A stretch of 64,000 bases of DNA. Source: Escherichia coli (GTDB taxonomy: Bacteria; Pseudomonadota; Gammaproteobacteria; Enterobacterales; Enterobacteriaceae). The notes beneath the pieces are model-generated. The model saw only the letters and a program-made list of their open reading frames with translations, ran no database searches and was not told the origin of the DNA. Where the stretch lies: the NCBI RefSeq assembly GCF_029227855.1, contig NZ_CP074356.1; one strand, written 5' to 3'. Below, piece by piece: positions 24,175 through 33,699 of the stretch (the stretch's first letter is position 1; each line of letters opens with the position of its first letter). A program made the translations under genes and the position numbers.

Positions 24175-25128
24175 GTGGATAGTAATAATCAAATTGAAAC
24201 CTGTTTAAGCAGAAAGTCGTCAGAAGGTAAACCACAAATATTTACAACCTTACGAAATATTGATCTTAACCTTCTGACTATTTTTGAAGCTGTATATGTA
24301 CATAAAGGGATCGTTAATGCAGCGAAAGTGCTTAATCTGACACCCTCGGCAATCAGTCAGTCTATTCAGAAACTGCGCGTTATATTCCCTGACCCATTGT
24401 TTATTCGCAAAGGCCAGGGTGTCACTCCTACCGCATTTGCGATGCATCTACATGAGTATATCAGTCAGGGCCTTGAGTCCATTCTTGGCGCGCTGGATAT
24501 CGAAGGAAGCTATGATAAGCAACGAACGATAACTATTGCGACCACCCCCTCGGTCGGAGCCCTGGTCCTTCCTGTCATCTATCGGGCGATTAAATCTCAC
24601 TATCCGCAGCTTTTACTGCGCAACCCCCCCATCAGCGACGCGGAAAACCAACTCAGTCAGTTTCAAACCGATCTCATCATCGATAACATGTTTTGCACCA
24701 ATCGTACGGTGCAACATCATGTTCTGTTCACCGACAATATGGTGTTAATTTTCCGCGAGGGAAATCCACTACTCTCTTTAGAAGATGACAGGGAGACTAT
24801 CGACAACGCTGCGCATATACTCCTGTTACCGGAAGGGCAAAATTTCAGCGGTCTGCGGCAGAGAGTTCAAGAGATGTTTCCGGACCGGCAAATCAGTTTC
24901 ACCAGCTACAACATTTTGACAATCGCTGCACTGGTTGCCAACAGTGACATGTTAGCGATTATTCCCAGCCGTTTTTATAACCTGTTTAGCCGTTGCTGGC
25001 CGCTGGAAAAACTGCCTTTTCCGTCCTTAAATGATGAGCAAATAGATTTCTCTATCCACTACAACAAATTCAGCCTGCGTGATCCCATCCTGCACGGGGT
25101 AATAGATGTTATCCGTAATGCATTTTGA
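24175..25128 (+). CDS. ybeF: LysR-family transcriptional regulator YbeF
   Basis: 317 aa with a GTG start. SD GGAG at 24163-24166. N-terminal wHTH (LNLTPSAISQSIQKLR). Sits in AT-rich surroundings. Confidence 0.88.
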   Translation: MDSNNQIETCLSRKSSEGKPQIFTTLRNIDLNLLTIFEAVYVHKGIVNAAKVLNLTPSAISQSIQKLRVIFPDPLFIRKGQGVTPTAFAMHLHEYISQGLESILGALDIEGSYDKQRTITIATTPSVGALVLPVIYRAIKSHYPQLLLRNPPISDAENQLSQFQTDLIIDNMFCTNRTVQHHVLFTDNMVLIFREGNPLLSLEDDRETIDNAAHILLLPEGQNFSGLRQRVQEMFPDRQISFTSYNILTIAALVANSDMLAIIPSRFYNLFSRCWPLEKLPFPSLNDEQIDFSIHYNKFSLRDPILHGVIDVIRNAF

Positions 25129-25336
25129 AAAAGTATTGTTACAGCCAGATCACAGCGAAGAACGAAAAAATGGCACAATCCAACAACAATTTTACATTTT
25201 CGCGACCGCTTTGGCTGCTTTCAGGTCCGTTTCAATGATATACTGCCAGTCGTTAATTCAAAAATAGTTGATAATTACAACAATCTATTGAATTGAAACG
25301 CTTTCCTTCGTAATTCGCAACTGGAACACGCACGCT

Positions 25337-26302
25337 ATGAGTAAACCCATTGTGATGGAACGCGGTGTTAAATACCGCGATGCCGATAAGATGGCCCTTA
25401 TCCCGGTTAAAAACGTGGCAACAGAGCGCGAAGCCCTGCTGCGCAAGCCGGAATGGATGAAAATCAAGCTTCCAGCGGACTCTACACGTATCCAGGGCAT
25501 CAAAGCGGCAATGCGCAAAAATGGCCTGCATTCTGTCTGCGAGGAAGCCTCCTGCCCTAACCTGGCGGAATGCTTCAACCACGGCACAGCAACGTTTATG
25601 ATCCTCGGCGCTATTTGTACCCGCCGTTGTCCGTTCTGTGACGTTGCCCACGGTCGCCCGGTAGCTCCGGATGCCAATGAACCAGTGAAACTGGCGCAGA
25701 CCATTGCCGATATGGCGCTGCGTTATGTGGTTATCACCTCCGTTGACCGTGATGACCTGCGCGATGGCGGTGCCCAGCACTTTGCGGATTGCATTACTGC
25801 CATTCGGGAAAAAAGCCCGCAAATCAAAATTGAAACTCTGGTGCCGGATTTCCGCGGTCGTATGGATCGTGCTCTGGATATTCTAACCGCCACACCACCA
25901 GATGTGTTCAACCATAACCTGGAAAACGTACCGCGTATTTACCGTCAGGTACGGCCTGGTGCAGATTACAACTGGTCGCTGAAGCTGCTGGAACGCTTTA
26001 AAGAAGCGCATCCGGAAATCCCGACCAAGTCTGGTCTGATGGTGGGTCTGGGTGAAACCAATGAAGAAATTATTGAGGTAATGCGCGACCTGCGCCGTCA
26101 TGGTGTGACGATGTTAACGCTGGGGCAATATTTGCAGCCAAGCCGCCATCACCTGCCGGTTCAACGTTACGTTAGCCCGGATGAGTTCGACGAAATGAAA
26201 GCCGAAGCGCTGGCGATGGGCTTTACCCATGCTGCATGCGGTCCGTTTGTCCGCTCGTCTTACCACGCCGATTTGCAGGCGAAAGGGATGGAAGTTAAGT
26301 AA
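25337..26302 (+). CDS. lipA: lipoyl synthase LipA
   Basis: 321 aa. Radical-SAM [10 protein letters not shown] motif plus auxiliary cluster [12 protein letters not shown]. Confidence 0.96.
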
Positions 26303-26332
26303 TCCTGTAATAATTACTTACATCTGTCTGAT

Positions 26333-26364
26333 AAAAAACCCGCTTTTTGAAGCGGGTTTTTTTG
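26333..26364. terminator. bidirectional intrinsic terminator between convergent lipA and tatE
   Basis: AAAAAACCCGCTTtttgAAGCGGGTTTTTTT: a hairpin flanked by an A-run and a T-run, so it reads as a terminator on both strands. Confidence 0.85.
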
Positions 26365-26403
26365 TATCGAACAAGATATTGAGGGAGCGTCCTGCTCGCC
26401 ACG

Positions 26404-26607
26404 TCACTCTTTATGAGAGAGCTTTTCAGCCTGAAGATCAACGTCTGCGCCTTTTTTCGCCGCAGCATCGTCATCATTCATCGCCTTCTTGAACCCTTTA
26501 ATGGCCGCTCCAAGGTCTCCGCCCAGCGTACGTAACTTCTTAGTCCCAAACAGCAGAACGACCAGCGCCGCAACTACCAGCAGTTTGGTAATACTAATCT
26601 CACCCAT
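26404..26607 (-). CDS. tatE: Sec-independent translocase component TatE
   Basis: 67 aa. N-terminal TM helix plus amphipathic helix ([26 protein letters not shown]). TatA paralog. Confidence 0.93.
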   Translation of the reverse strand: MGEISITKLLVVAALVVLLFGTKKLRTLGGDLGAAIKGFKKAMNDDDAAAKKGADVDLQAEKLSHKE

Positions 26608-26735
26608 AGATACCTTCTTGACATATAACCGGCAACAGAACGCGCCTTAAAAACCAGAGAATATTAACGGTCATTCGACGCGCGCACACAATAGCAATCT
26701 GTAACAAGGTGAATCAAGCGCCGAGTAAAAAAACA

Positions 26736-27524
26736 TCATAATAATTGCGGCGGCGCAAAGCGACGGTTGTTTAAGACGGGCAGTTGCGCGCGCACCTGAC
26801 GCACACGTTCGGGCGTCACTTCCGCCATAATGAGTGCAGGCATTTCTGACGCTGCCGCAATGGTGACGCCAAAGGGATCTATAATCCGGCTTTGCCCGAT
26901 ATTTTTGTTCCCGCACTCCCCCGCCGCCACCATATAACAGGTGGTATCCAGCGCACGAGCGGCAAGCAACGTTGACCAGTGATGCTCTTTGAGCGGCCCA
27001 CGAACCCAGGCGGCAGGAAGTACCAGGATTTCAGCTCCCTGTAATGCCTGTGCCAGCGCCAGCTCTGGAAAGCGTAAGTCATAACAGGTCATCAGACCGA
27101 CCTTCATCCCTTCCACCTCCAGTAACGGAGCTATTTCATTACCAGCATCAACATGGCGTGATTCCTGAATGGCAAATGCATCATAGAGATGCAGTTTGGC
27201 ATAACGGGCGACGATGTTTCCTGCCTGTAGCGCCACCAGCATATTCCATGCGCGCCCCGGCGTTGAAGGAACATGAATCGTCAGAATTGTCGTCATCATG
27301 TTACGTTTACTTTCTCGCCGTAAACGTCCGAGGAATTCGCCTTCCAGCAGCTGTGCTGATTTAACCGATAGATCTGCATCATGATCATCACGCGCCAACA
27401 ATGCTTCCGGCAGGACAAACAGCGAAACGTCGTTTTCCGCCGCCTGCGCCATCAACGAGGCACAAATCTCAGCGTTCTTTTCCCACACAGATGTAACAGC
27501 AAACTGTCCTGCAGCAACCAGCAT
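26736..27524 (-). CDS. ybeM: nitrilase-superfamily C-N hydrolase YbeM (intact)
   Basis: Uninterrupted ORF. ATG 27524 is preceded by AGGAGG (27535-27530) with a 5-nt spacer, giving 262 aa; the track start at 27530 is a GTG overlapping the SD. Glu-Lys-Cys triad contexts VLPE, AKLHLYD and [10 protein letters not shown] are present. Confidence 0.85.
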   Translation of the reverse strand: MLVAAGQFAVTSVWEKNAEICASLMAQAAENDVSLFVLPEALLARDDHDADLSVKSAQLLEGEFLGRLRRESKRNMMTTILTIHVPSTPGRAWNMLVALQAGNIVARYAKLHLYDAFAIQESRHVDAGNEIAPLLEVEGMKVGLMTCYDLRFPELALAQALQGAEILVLPAAWVRGPLKEHHWSTLLAARALDTTCYMVAAGECGNKNIGQSRIIDPFGVTIAAASEMPALIMAEVTPERVRQVRAQLPVLNNRRFAPPQLL

Positions 27525-27616
27525 TGCCACCTCCTGTCAGAGTCGTAAAATTCGCCAACGACGATTATTCGGCGTTACACTTATCACTCATACAAATCAA
27601 ATAGCAGGATTTTGCA

Positions 27617-28000
27617 GTGTTACAACTTCTTTTAGCAGTTTTTATTGGCGGTGGTACGGGAAGCGTGGCGAGATGGCTGTTAAGTATGCGATTTAACCCG
27701 CTGCATCAGGCGATTCCGTTGGGGACGCTGGCTGCAAACCTGATTGGGGCATTCATCATAGGAATGGGATTCGCCTGGTTTAGCAGGATGACGAACATTG
27801 ATCCAGTGTGGAAAGTATTAATCACCACCGGATTTTGTGGCGGTCTAACAACCTTCTCAACATTTTCGGCAGAAGTAGTGTTTTTGTTACAAGAGGGCCG
27901 CTTAGGCTGGGCGTTACTGAACGTTTTCGTCAACCTTTTGGGGTCTTTTGCCATGACCGCACTGGCTTTCTGGCTGTTTTCCGCCTCAACCGCACACTAA
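27617..28000 (+). CDS. crcB: fluoride channel CrcB/FluC
   Basis: 127-aa four-TM ORF with a GTG start. Recognised as CrcB. Confidence 0.92.
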   Translation: MLQLLLAVFIGGGTGSVARWLLSMRFNPLHQAIPLGTLAANLIGAFIIGMGFAWFSRMTNIDPVWKVLITTGFCGGLTTFSTFSAEVVFLLQEGRLGWALLNVFVNLLGSFAMTALAFWLFSASTAH

Positions 28001-28005
28001 AGACC

Positions 28006-28036
28006 AAAAAAAACCCGCTGATTAAGCGGGTTTTGA
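28006..28036. terminator. bidirectional intrinsic terminator between convergent crcB and cspE
   Basis: AAAAAAAACCCGCTgattaAGCGGGTTTT: an A-run, a 7-bp stem and a T-run. Confidence 0.85.
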
Positions 28037-28053
28037 ATTCTTGCTGACGTATC

Positions 28054-28263
28054 TTACAGAGCGATTACGTTTGCAGCAGAAGGGCCTTTGGCACCGTTAG
28101 TGATTTCGAACTCTACGCGCTGACCTTCAGCAAGAGTTTTAAAACCATTAGTCTGGATTGCAGAGAAGTGTACAAACACGTCTTTGCTGCCGTCTTCCGG
28201 AGTAATGAAACCGAATCCTTTGGACTCATTAAACCACTTAACGTTACCTTTAATCTTAGACAT
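28054..28263 (-). CDS. cspE: cold-shock-domain protein CspE
   Basis: Track ORF extends to 28347. The true start is ATG 28263 ([23 protein letters not shown]1 motif), giving 69 aa. Confidence 0.95.
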
Positions 28264-28437
28264 CAAAATTACCTTTACATGAAAAATAGACACAAATGCT
28301 GTGTCGGTTACCAGTACACCAATTGTGGTACGCTTTGTCCAGTGCAACTTTACTAAAAAGTGATAAAAGTCGCGTTATTTTTGATGTTAATTATTTTACC
28401 CATTGATTTTAAAGAGTTTACTAAAATTTCATTTGTC

Positions 28438-28998
28438 TCAAAACTGAAAGCGCATCCAGGCAAAGTACACATTGCCATTGTTATAGGTACCCGGAATGTA
28501 GGTCATCTGAAAAGTCACTGGACCATAACCCACAGAGGCCAATGGCAGTAGAACCGGGAGAGGGATGTAATTCCAGTTATCGCGTGCCGTTACGCCAGCG
28601 GTGAATCCCAGTCCTAAATGAAAATTTTCATCCGCCAGCGGTCGCCAGGTACTTTCCCATCCGTATCCGGCAATCGGTTCCCATTTGTTCCACGAGTCCT
28701 TAAATGCCATGGCATACAGGCCATGCCAGTTTCCTTTTTCATCCCAACGCGACTGACCAAAACCGCCACCCCACAGTCGCTCGTTATAGCGATCGGTTTT
28801 TTCTTTGTCGTAAGCGAAACGAGCATGCCAGGTGATGGCAGGAATATATAAATCATAATGTTCAGGCTGTTGCCAGGTTTGTGTAATATTTTCTCCAAAC
28901 GTTGTCATCCACTCATCTGCGTTAGCAAAAACTTTACCAACGCTGATTAACTGAATAAAAACAAAGGAAAAGATAGCGACATATTTACTCACGTTCAT
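28438..28998 (-). CDS. pagP: lipid A palmitoyltransferase PagP
   Basis: Track ORF extends to 29022. I chose ATG 28998 ([25 protein letters not shown] signal peptide), giving 186 aa. Beta-barrel with C-terminal aromatic residues (WMRFQF). Confidence 0.93.
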   Translation of the reverse strand: MNVSKYVAIFSFVFIQLISVGKVFANADEWMTTFGENITQTWQQPEHYDLYIPAITWHARFAYDKEKTDRYNERLWGGGFGQSRWDEKGNWHGLYAMAFKDSWNKWEPIAGYGWESTWRPLADENFHLGLGFTAGVTARDNWNYIPLPVLLPLASVGYGPVTFQMTYIPGTYNNGNVYFAWMRFQF

Positions 28999-29483
28999 TT
29001 GTGACCATAAAACATTTATCAAAAATCTACTACTAGCATAGCAAAGCTACAATTAACATAACCTTAATAGCCCCAACATAAAGAACAATCTGAATAGCTG
29101 CTCTATTTATTTCCGCTTGTTTAAGTTAAATATTTCCGCGCATCGATTAAAGATGATGTATCGTTTTCTGCGATGGGAATAGTCAAAAAAGAAAAACCAA
29201 GTATTTTTTGATGACAAAATGCAACCAAGGAAAAATTTCTTTATTTTTTAATTGGATACAAAAATCACCTTAACGAAGAATATAATATATATCGTCAACC
29301 CATGCTCATGGCAGATTATTTTCTGAGCACGCAACCGCAGCTAACACCATTGCTATTAACAAATTTGCATCAATCCGCCATCAATTTACACACATTATTA
29401 TGTGGTAATTGCCAAACGCTAAATATGCGTTTTGTTATCTATGTATAAAAACAGCAACTTCAATGTCTTAATGGCAGTTTTTC

Positions 29484-29497
29484 TTGATTTTAATCAG
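29484..29497 (+). promoter_or_regulatory. FNR-type site (class II geometry) upstream of dcuC
   Basis: TTGATtttaATCAg matches TTGAT-N4-ATCAA at 9 of 10 positions. If centred at -41.5, the -10 window falls exactly on CATATT (29520-29525). dcuC is known to be FNR-activated. Confidence 0.55.
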
Positions 29498-29586
29498 CAT
29501 TCACCGCCAATTTATTGGGCATATTTTTTCCTTAAGTTTTAGGAATTTTTTATTATTTACTTTGGGGCCTGGAGACAGGAAAAATT

Positions 29587-30972
29587 ATGCTGACATTCAT
29601 TGAACTCCTTATTGGGGTTGTGGTTATTGTGGGTGTGGCTCGCTACATCATTAAAGGGTATTCCGCCACTGGCGTGTTATTTGTCGGTGGCCTGTTATTG
29701 CTGATTATCAGTGCCATTATGGGGCACAAAGTGTTACCGTCCAGCCAGGCTTCAACAGGCTACAGCGCCACGGATATCGTTGAATACGTTAAAATATTGC
29801 TAATGAGCCGCGGCGGCGACCTCGGCATGATGATTATGATGCTGTGTGGCTTTGCCGCTTACATGACCCATATCGGCGCGAATGATATGGTGGTCAAGCT
29901 GGCGTCAAAACCATTGCAGTATATTAACTCCCCTTACCTGCTGATGATTGCCGCCTATTTTGTCGCCTGTCTGATGTCTCTGGCCGTCTCTTCCGCGACC
30001 GGTCTGGGTGTTTTGCTGATGGCAACCCTGTTTCCGGTGATGGTAAACGTTGGTATCAGCCGTGGTGCAGCTGCTGCTATTTGTGCCTCCCCGGCGGCGA
30101 TTATTCTCGCACCGACTTCAGGGGATGTGGTGCTGGCGGCGCAGGCTTCCGAAATGTCGCTGATTGACTTCGCCTTCAAAACGACGCTGCCTATCTCAAT
30201 TGCTGCAATTATCGGCATGGCGATCGCCCACTTCTTCTGGCAACGTTATCTGGATAAAAAAGAGCACATCTCTCATGAAATGTTAGATGTCAGTGAAATC
30301 ACCACCACTGCTCCTGCGTTTTATGCCATTTTGCCGTTCACGCCGATCATCGGAGTGCTGATTTTTGACGGCAAATGGGGTCCGCAATTACACATCATCA
30401 CTATTCTGGTGATTTGTATGCTGATTGCCTCCATTCTGGAGTTCATCCGCAGCTTTAATACCCAGAAAGTTTTCTCTGGTCTGGAAGTGGCTTATCGCGG
30501 GATGGCAGATGCGTTTGCTAACGTGGTGATGCTGCTGGTTGCCGCTGGGGTATTCGCTCAGGGGCTTAGCACCATCGGCTTTATTCAAAGTCTGATTTCT
30601 ATCGCCACCTCGTTTGGTTCGGCGAGTATCATCCTGATGCTGGTATTAGTGATCCTGACAATGCTGGCGGCAGTCACGACCGGTTCAGGCAATGCGCCGT
30701 TTTATGCGTTTGTTGAGATGATCCCGAAACTGGCGCACTCTTCCGGCATTAACCCGGCGTATTTGACTATCCCAATGCTGCAGGCGTCAAACCTCGGTCG
30801 TACCCTGTCACCCGTTTCTGGCGTAGTCGTTGCGGTTGCCGGGATGGCGAAAATCTCACCATTTGAAGTCGTAAAACGCACCTCGGTGCCGGTGCTTGTT
30901 GGTTTGGTGATTGTTATCGTTGCTACAGAGCTGATGGTGCCAGGAACGGCAGCCGCGGTCACAGGCAAGTAA
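29587..30972 (+). CDS. dcuC: anaerobic C4-dicarboxylate transporter DcuC
   Basis: 461-aa polytopic ORF. Recognised as DcuC. Confidence 0.94.
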   Translation: MLTFIELLIGVVVIVGVARYIIKGYSATGVLFVGGLLLLIISAIMGHKVLPSSQASTGYSATDIVEYVKILLMSRGGDLGMMIMMLCGFAAYMTHIGANDMVVKLASKPLQYINSPYLLMIAAYFVACLMSLAVSSATGLGVLLMATLFPVMVNVGISRGAAAAICASPAAIILAPTSGDVVLAAQASEMSLIDFAFKTTLPISIAAIIGMAIAHFFWQRYLDKKEHISHEMLDVSEITTTAPAFYAILPFTPIIGVLIFDGKWGPQLHIITILVICMLIASILEFIRSFNTQKVFSGLEVAYRGMADAFANVVMLLVAAGVFAQGLSTIGFIQSLISIATSFGSASIILMLVLVILTMLAAVTTGSGNAPFYAFVEMIPKLAHSSGINPAYLTIPMLQASNLGRTLSPVSGVVVAVAGMAKISPFEVVKRTSVPVLVGLVIVIVATELMVPGTAAAVTGK

Positions 30973-30980
30973 ATAGTCAT

Positions 30981-31008
30981 GCCGGAGGCAAGTTTCCTCC
31001 GGCTTTAT
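30981..31008. terminator. hairpin terminator between convergent dcuC and dpiA
   Basis: 8-bp stem GCCGGAGG/CCTCCGGC with loop CAAGTTT, followed by TTTAT. It lies 9 nt after the dcuC stop and 5 nt before the dpiA stop. Confidence 0.65.
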
Positions 31009-31012
31009 CATG

Positions 31013-31693
31013 TCACCCACTGTGGTATATGCGTTGCGGTCTGCCAACTTTGCCGTGAACAATTTCAGCAATAATCAGATGGCGGCTGGCGCAATATTCA
31101 AGATAACGTCTGGCAGTGGTGCGGCTGATAGTCAGTGCCTGCGCCACCGTTTCTGCCGTATGTTGCACACCAGGCTCTTTAAACAGTTTTCGCACTGCGT
31201 TTAGCGTCAAGGGGTCAATGCCGGTCGGCAGTTCGTCTTTGGGTTCACCGCGAGCATAGGCATTAAACATCTCATCAATTTGCTTCTGGCTGGCGCTATC
31301 AATACTTTCCAGCATATGTTTACGCTGGCGGAAACGGGTTAGCGTTTGCCCCAGACGTTCATAGGCAATTGGCTTAATGAGATAATCAAATACACCACAA
31401 CGTACGGCTTCAGACACCGTTTCCATATCACTGGCTGCAGTGGTAAACACCACGTCGCCGGGATAATGCGCCTGCACCAGTTCATGCAGTAAATTAATCC
31501 CTCTACCGTCAGGAAGATAGTTATCGAGCAAGATTAGCCCCGGCTTAAAACGCTCGATCATCATTCGGGCCTGCGCCAGGTTTCCCGCCAGTAATATCTG
31601 ACTGAATCCGGGAATGTGACGAATATATTCCGCATGCATCTCTGCCAGCGGCGTTTCGTCCTCAACGATCAATAGGGTTAATGGAGCTGTCAT
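31013..31693 (-). CDS. dpiA: two-component response regulator DpiA (CitB)
   Basis: 226 aa with a receiver domain (LLIVEDE...D) and a C-terminal HTH. Recognised as DpiA. Confidence 0.94.
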   Translation of the reverse strand: MTAPLTLLIVEDETPLAEMHAEYIRHIPGFSQILLAGNLAQARMMIERFKPGLILLDNYLPDGRGINLLHELVQAHYPGDVVFTTAASDMETVSEAVRCGVFDYLIKPIAYERLGQTLTRFRQRKHMLESIDSASQKQIDEMFNAYARGEPKDELPTGIDPLTLNAVRKLFKEPGVQHTAETVAQALTISRTTARRYLEYCASRHLIIAEIVHGKVGRPQRIYHSG

Positions 31694-33320
31694 TAGGTTT
31701 CACTTTCGGAATATAGATTGAAAATAAGGTACCGCAGGGATCATTATCTTCGAGAGTGATAACACCACCGCAGCGCGTTACGTAGCTGGCAATCAAGTAC
31801 AACCCAATGCCATGTTCACCGGGCTCGTCAGCACGCGTACTGACACCCTGCTCAAATATTTTGTCTCGTAGAGACTCTGGAACGCCGCAGCCCTGATCGG
31901 CGACTTCAATCACCACATCATCGCCTTCATCGCTGAGGAATAATTCAACGATCTTGTTTCCTTCATCGCTACGTAGGCTGGCTTCGAAGGCGTTATCAAG
32001 TAAATTGCCAACAATGGCTGCAAACTCGGTGCTGTCCAGTCCTGGCGGCAGTTGCGAAAGCTGACTTCCGGGGACGATGACCATTTTTAGCCCCAGTTCG
32101 CGGGCGCGCTGCACTTTACCAAAAAGCAGCCCCGCCACCTGGCGATCGGCAAACGCCTCGCGCAGGCTATCAATAAGCTGTTGCTGGGCCTGAGACTCCC
32201 CCTGCACCATCGCCAACACGCGATCATACTCTTTCATCTGCAACAGACCATTGAGCGTCGACATCCAATTGAGATGCTCGTGTCGCAATGTGCGCAGGCT
32301 CTCGACGTATTGTTTAATTTGCGTCAGTTGCGCATTGAGGGTGGATATTTCGTCTTTACTACGAAAGCTGATAATGGCCCCCAGCAAATCATCACCAGAA
32401 CGAATAGCTTCCCGGTTGGCAATAACGCTCAGACCGTTAAAGTTCGCCACCACATCCTGTCGTTTTTCATCAATCTGTTCGGTAAAGAAATCGGCGGGCC
32501 TGACCACTTCAGCAATGGGTTTACCCAACCATTGCCGTCCGGGGGAGCTCAGCCCCAGCATCTTTCTTGCGTTACGATTGATGGCGGTAATGTAACCGTG
32601 CGGATCCACCGCAATGAGCCCTTCATAAACCGAACTAAACAGCGCCTCTTGCTGACGGACCACGCGTGCGATTTGCTTTGGCTCCATGCCCATCATCTGC
32701 CGACGGATATGCGCGGCCAGGAACCACGACAGCAACATCAGAATCCCTAACAGCACGACAAACACGCCAGCCATCGGTAATAAAAACTCAGCCCGCCAGC
32801 TATCGATTTTACTCACCAGGTAGCCAATCGACACCACGCCGATGACTTTTCCATCGTCATCAAAGATTGGCGTTTTGGCACGCATCGCCATGCCAATTGA
32901 CCCTTTCCCGGTGATGAAGTAGCTCTCCCCTTTCTCCAGCGCGCCCGGTTTGGTGAACTGCATAGGATAACCAATTTTCTCCGGATTAGGATGGTAAAGA
33001 CGAATCGAGTGCCGATCGCCAATCACCACATAATCGAAATCAGTATCTCTTTGTAATTTATCAGCGATGGTCGCCAGCCTCTTGTAGTCACGCGTTTTCA
33101 CTGCGCTGATGATACTGTCATTAGAAGCAATAATTTTTGCCTGATTCATTGCCATATCGCGCACATGAAGCGTTAAATAGTCCTCAAAACTGGCCGTAAA
33201 ATATTGCGCCAGGGCTGCAATGACAAATATTGAGAACACCAGAATCAGCAAAAAGATACGCAGCGGAAATGCCAGTCTTTGGAAAAATGCAAACTGTTTA
33301 TTCTCGTTAAGCTGCAACAT
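31662..33320 (-). CDS. dpiB: citrate-sensing histidine kinase DpiB (CitA)
   Basis: Track ORF extends to 33380. I chose ATG 33320 (MLQLNENKQFAFF...) with SD AAGGA, giving 552 aa. Two TM segments flank a periplasmic PAS-type domain, with HATPase motifs. The 3' end overlaps dpiA by 32 nt. Confidence 0.92.
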   Translation of the reverse strand: MLQLNENKQFAFFQRLAFPLRIFLLILVFSIFVIAALAQYFTASFEDYLTLHVRDMAMNQAKIIASNDSIISAVKTRDYKRLATIADKLQRDTDFDYVVIGDRHSIRLYHPNPEKIGYPMQFTKPGALEKGESYFITGKGSIGMAMRAKTPIFDDDGKVIGVVSIGYLVSKIDSWRAEFLLPMAGVFVVLLGILMLLSWFLAAHIRRQMMGMEPKQIARVVRQQEALFSSVYEGLIAVDPHGYITAINRNARKMLGLSSPGRQWLGKPIAEVVRPADFFTEQIDEKRQDVVANFNGLSVIANREAIRSGDDLLGAIISFRSKDEISTLNAQLTQIKQYVESLRTLRHEHLNWMSTLNGLLQMKEYDRVLAMVQGESQAQQQLIDSLREAFADRQVAGLLFGKVQRARELGLKMVIVPGSQLSQLPPGLDSTEFAAIVGNLLDNAFEASLRSDEGNKIVELFLSDEGDDVVIEVADQGCGVPESLRDKIFEQGVSTRADEPGEHGIGLYLIASYVTRCGGVITLEDNDPCGTLFSIYIPKVKPNDSSINPIDR

Positions 33321-33699
33321 TGTTTTCCTTGCGGGTTGTCCCGAGCCTCTTTGACGAATGTAATTAAAATGTTGAATCAAAATACATAGATATTAAATAT
33401 AATCGTGGCAAATTTTATTCATTAAATCAATTAAATCACTTAAACCTGCGGGTCATTTCGTAATTACATTAATTAAAAAACTTAAAACCATTAAATAAAT
33501 AAAAAACCACTAACTCTATGTGAAATAAATCAAAATTTCACGCTGCAATACTCCTTAGGATGTATAGCGAAAGGAGAAAAAGATATACCTCGATCGCCCC
33601 CCTTTCTCCCAAGTGAAAATAAAAGGTTATCAGTTTGCAACATCGAACAACATTTGTTGCAAATCGATAACAACATGCACCTTCAGGATACTATTTATT

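Noticed and set aside
27525-27616. Possible fluoride riboswitch upstream of crcB
   Set aside because: The ybeM-crcB divergent spacer is only 92 nt and AT-rich, and I see no pseudoknotted crcB-motif-like conserved core. To my knowledge E. coli crcB lacks this riboswitch. A covariance-model search (Rfam RF01734) would settle it.
29118-29134. PhoP box upstream of pagP (TGTTTAagttaAATATT)
   Set aside because: Only the first hexamer matches (T/G)GTTTA. The second half matches poorly on either strand, and the orientation is opposite to pagP. Not enough for a call without a PWM score or comparison to the mapped site.
29302-29448. 48-codon ORF (MLMADYFLSTQPQL...) in the pagP-dcuC spacer
   Set aside because: No SD, AT-rich context, no recognisable features, and it overlaps probable dcuC regulatory DNA. 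Likely fortuitous.
30981-31003. The dcuC/dpiA hairpin GCCGGAGG...CCTCCGGC uses the same 8-mers as the IS200 right-end hairpin; considered as a solo IS200 end
   Set aside because: The arm order is inverted and the loop (7 nt versus 3 nt) and flanks differ. No other IS200 sequence is adjacent. It is well explained as a terminator between convergent genes.
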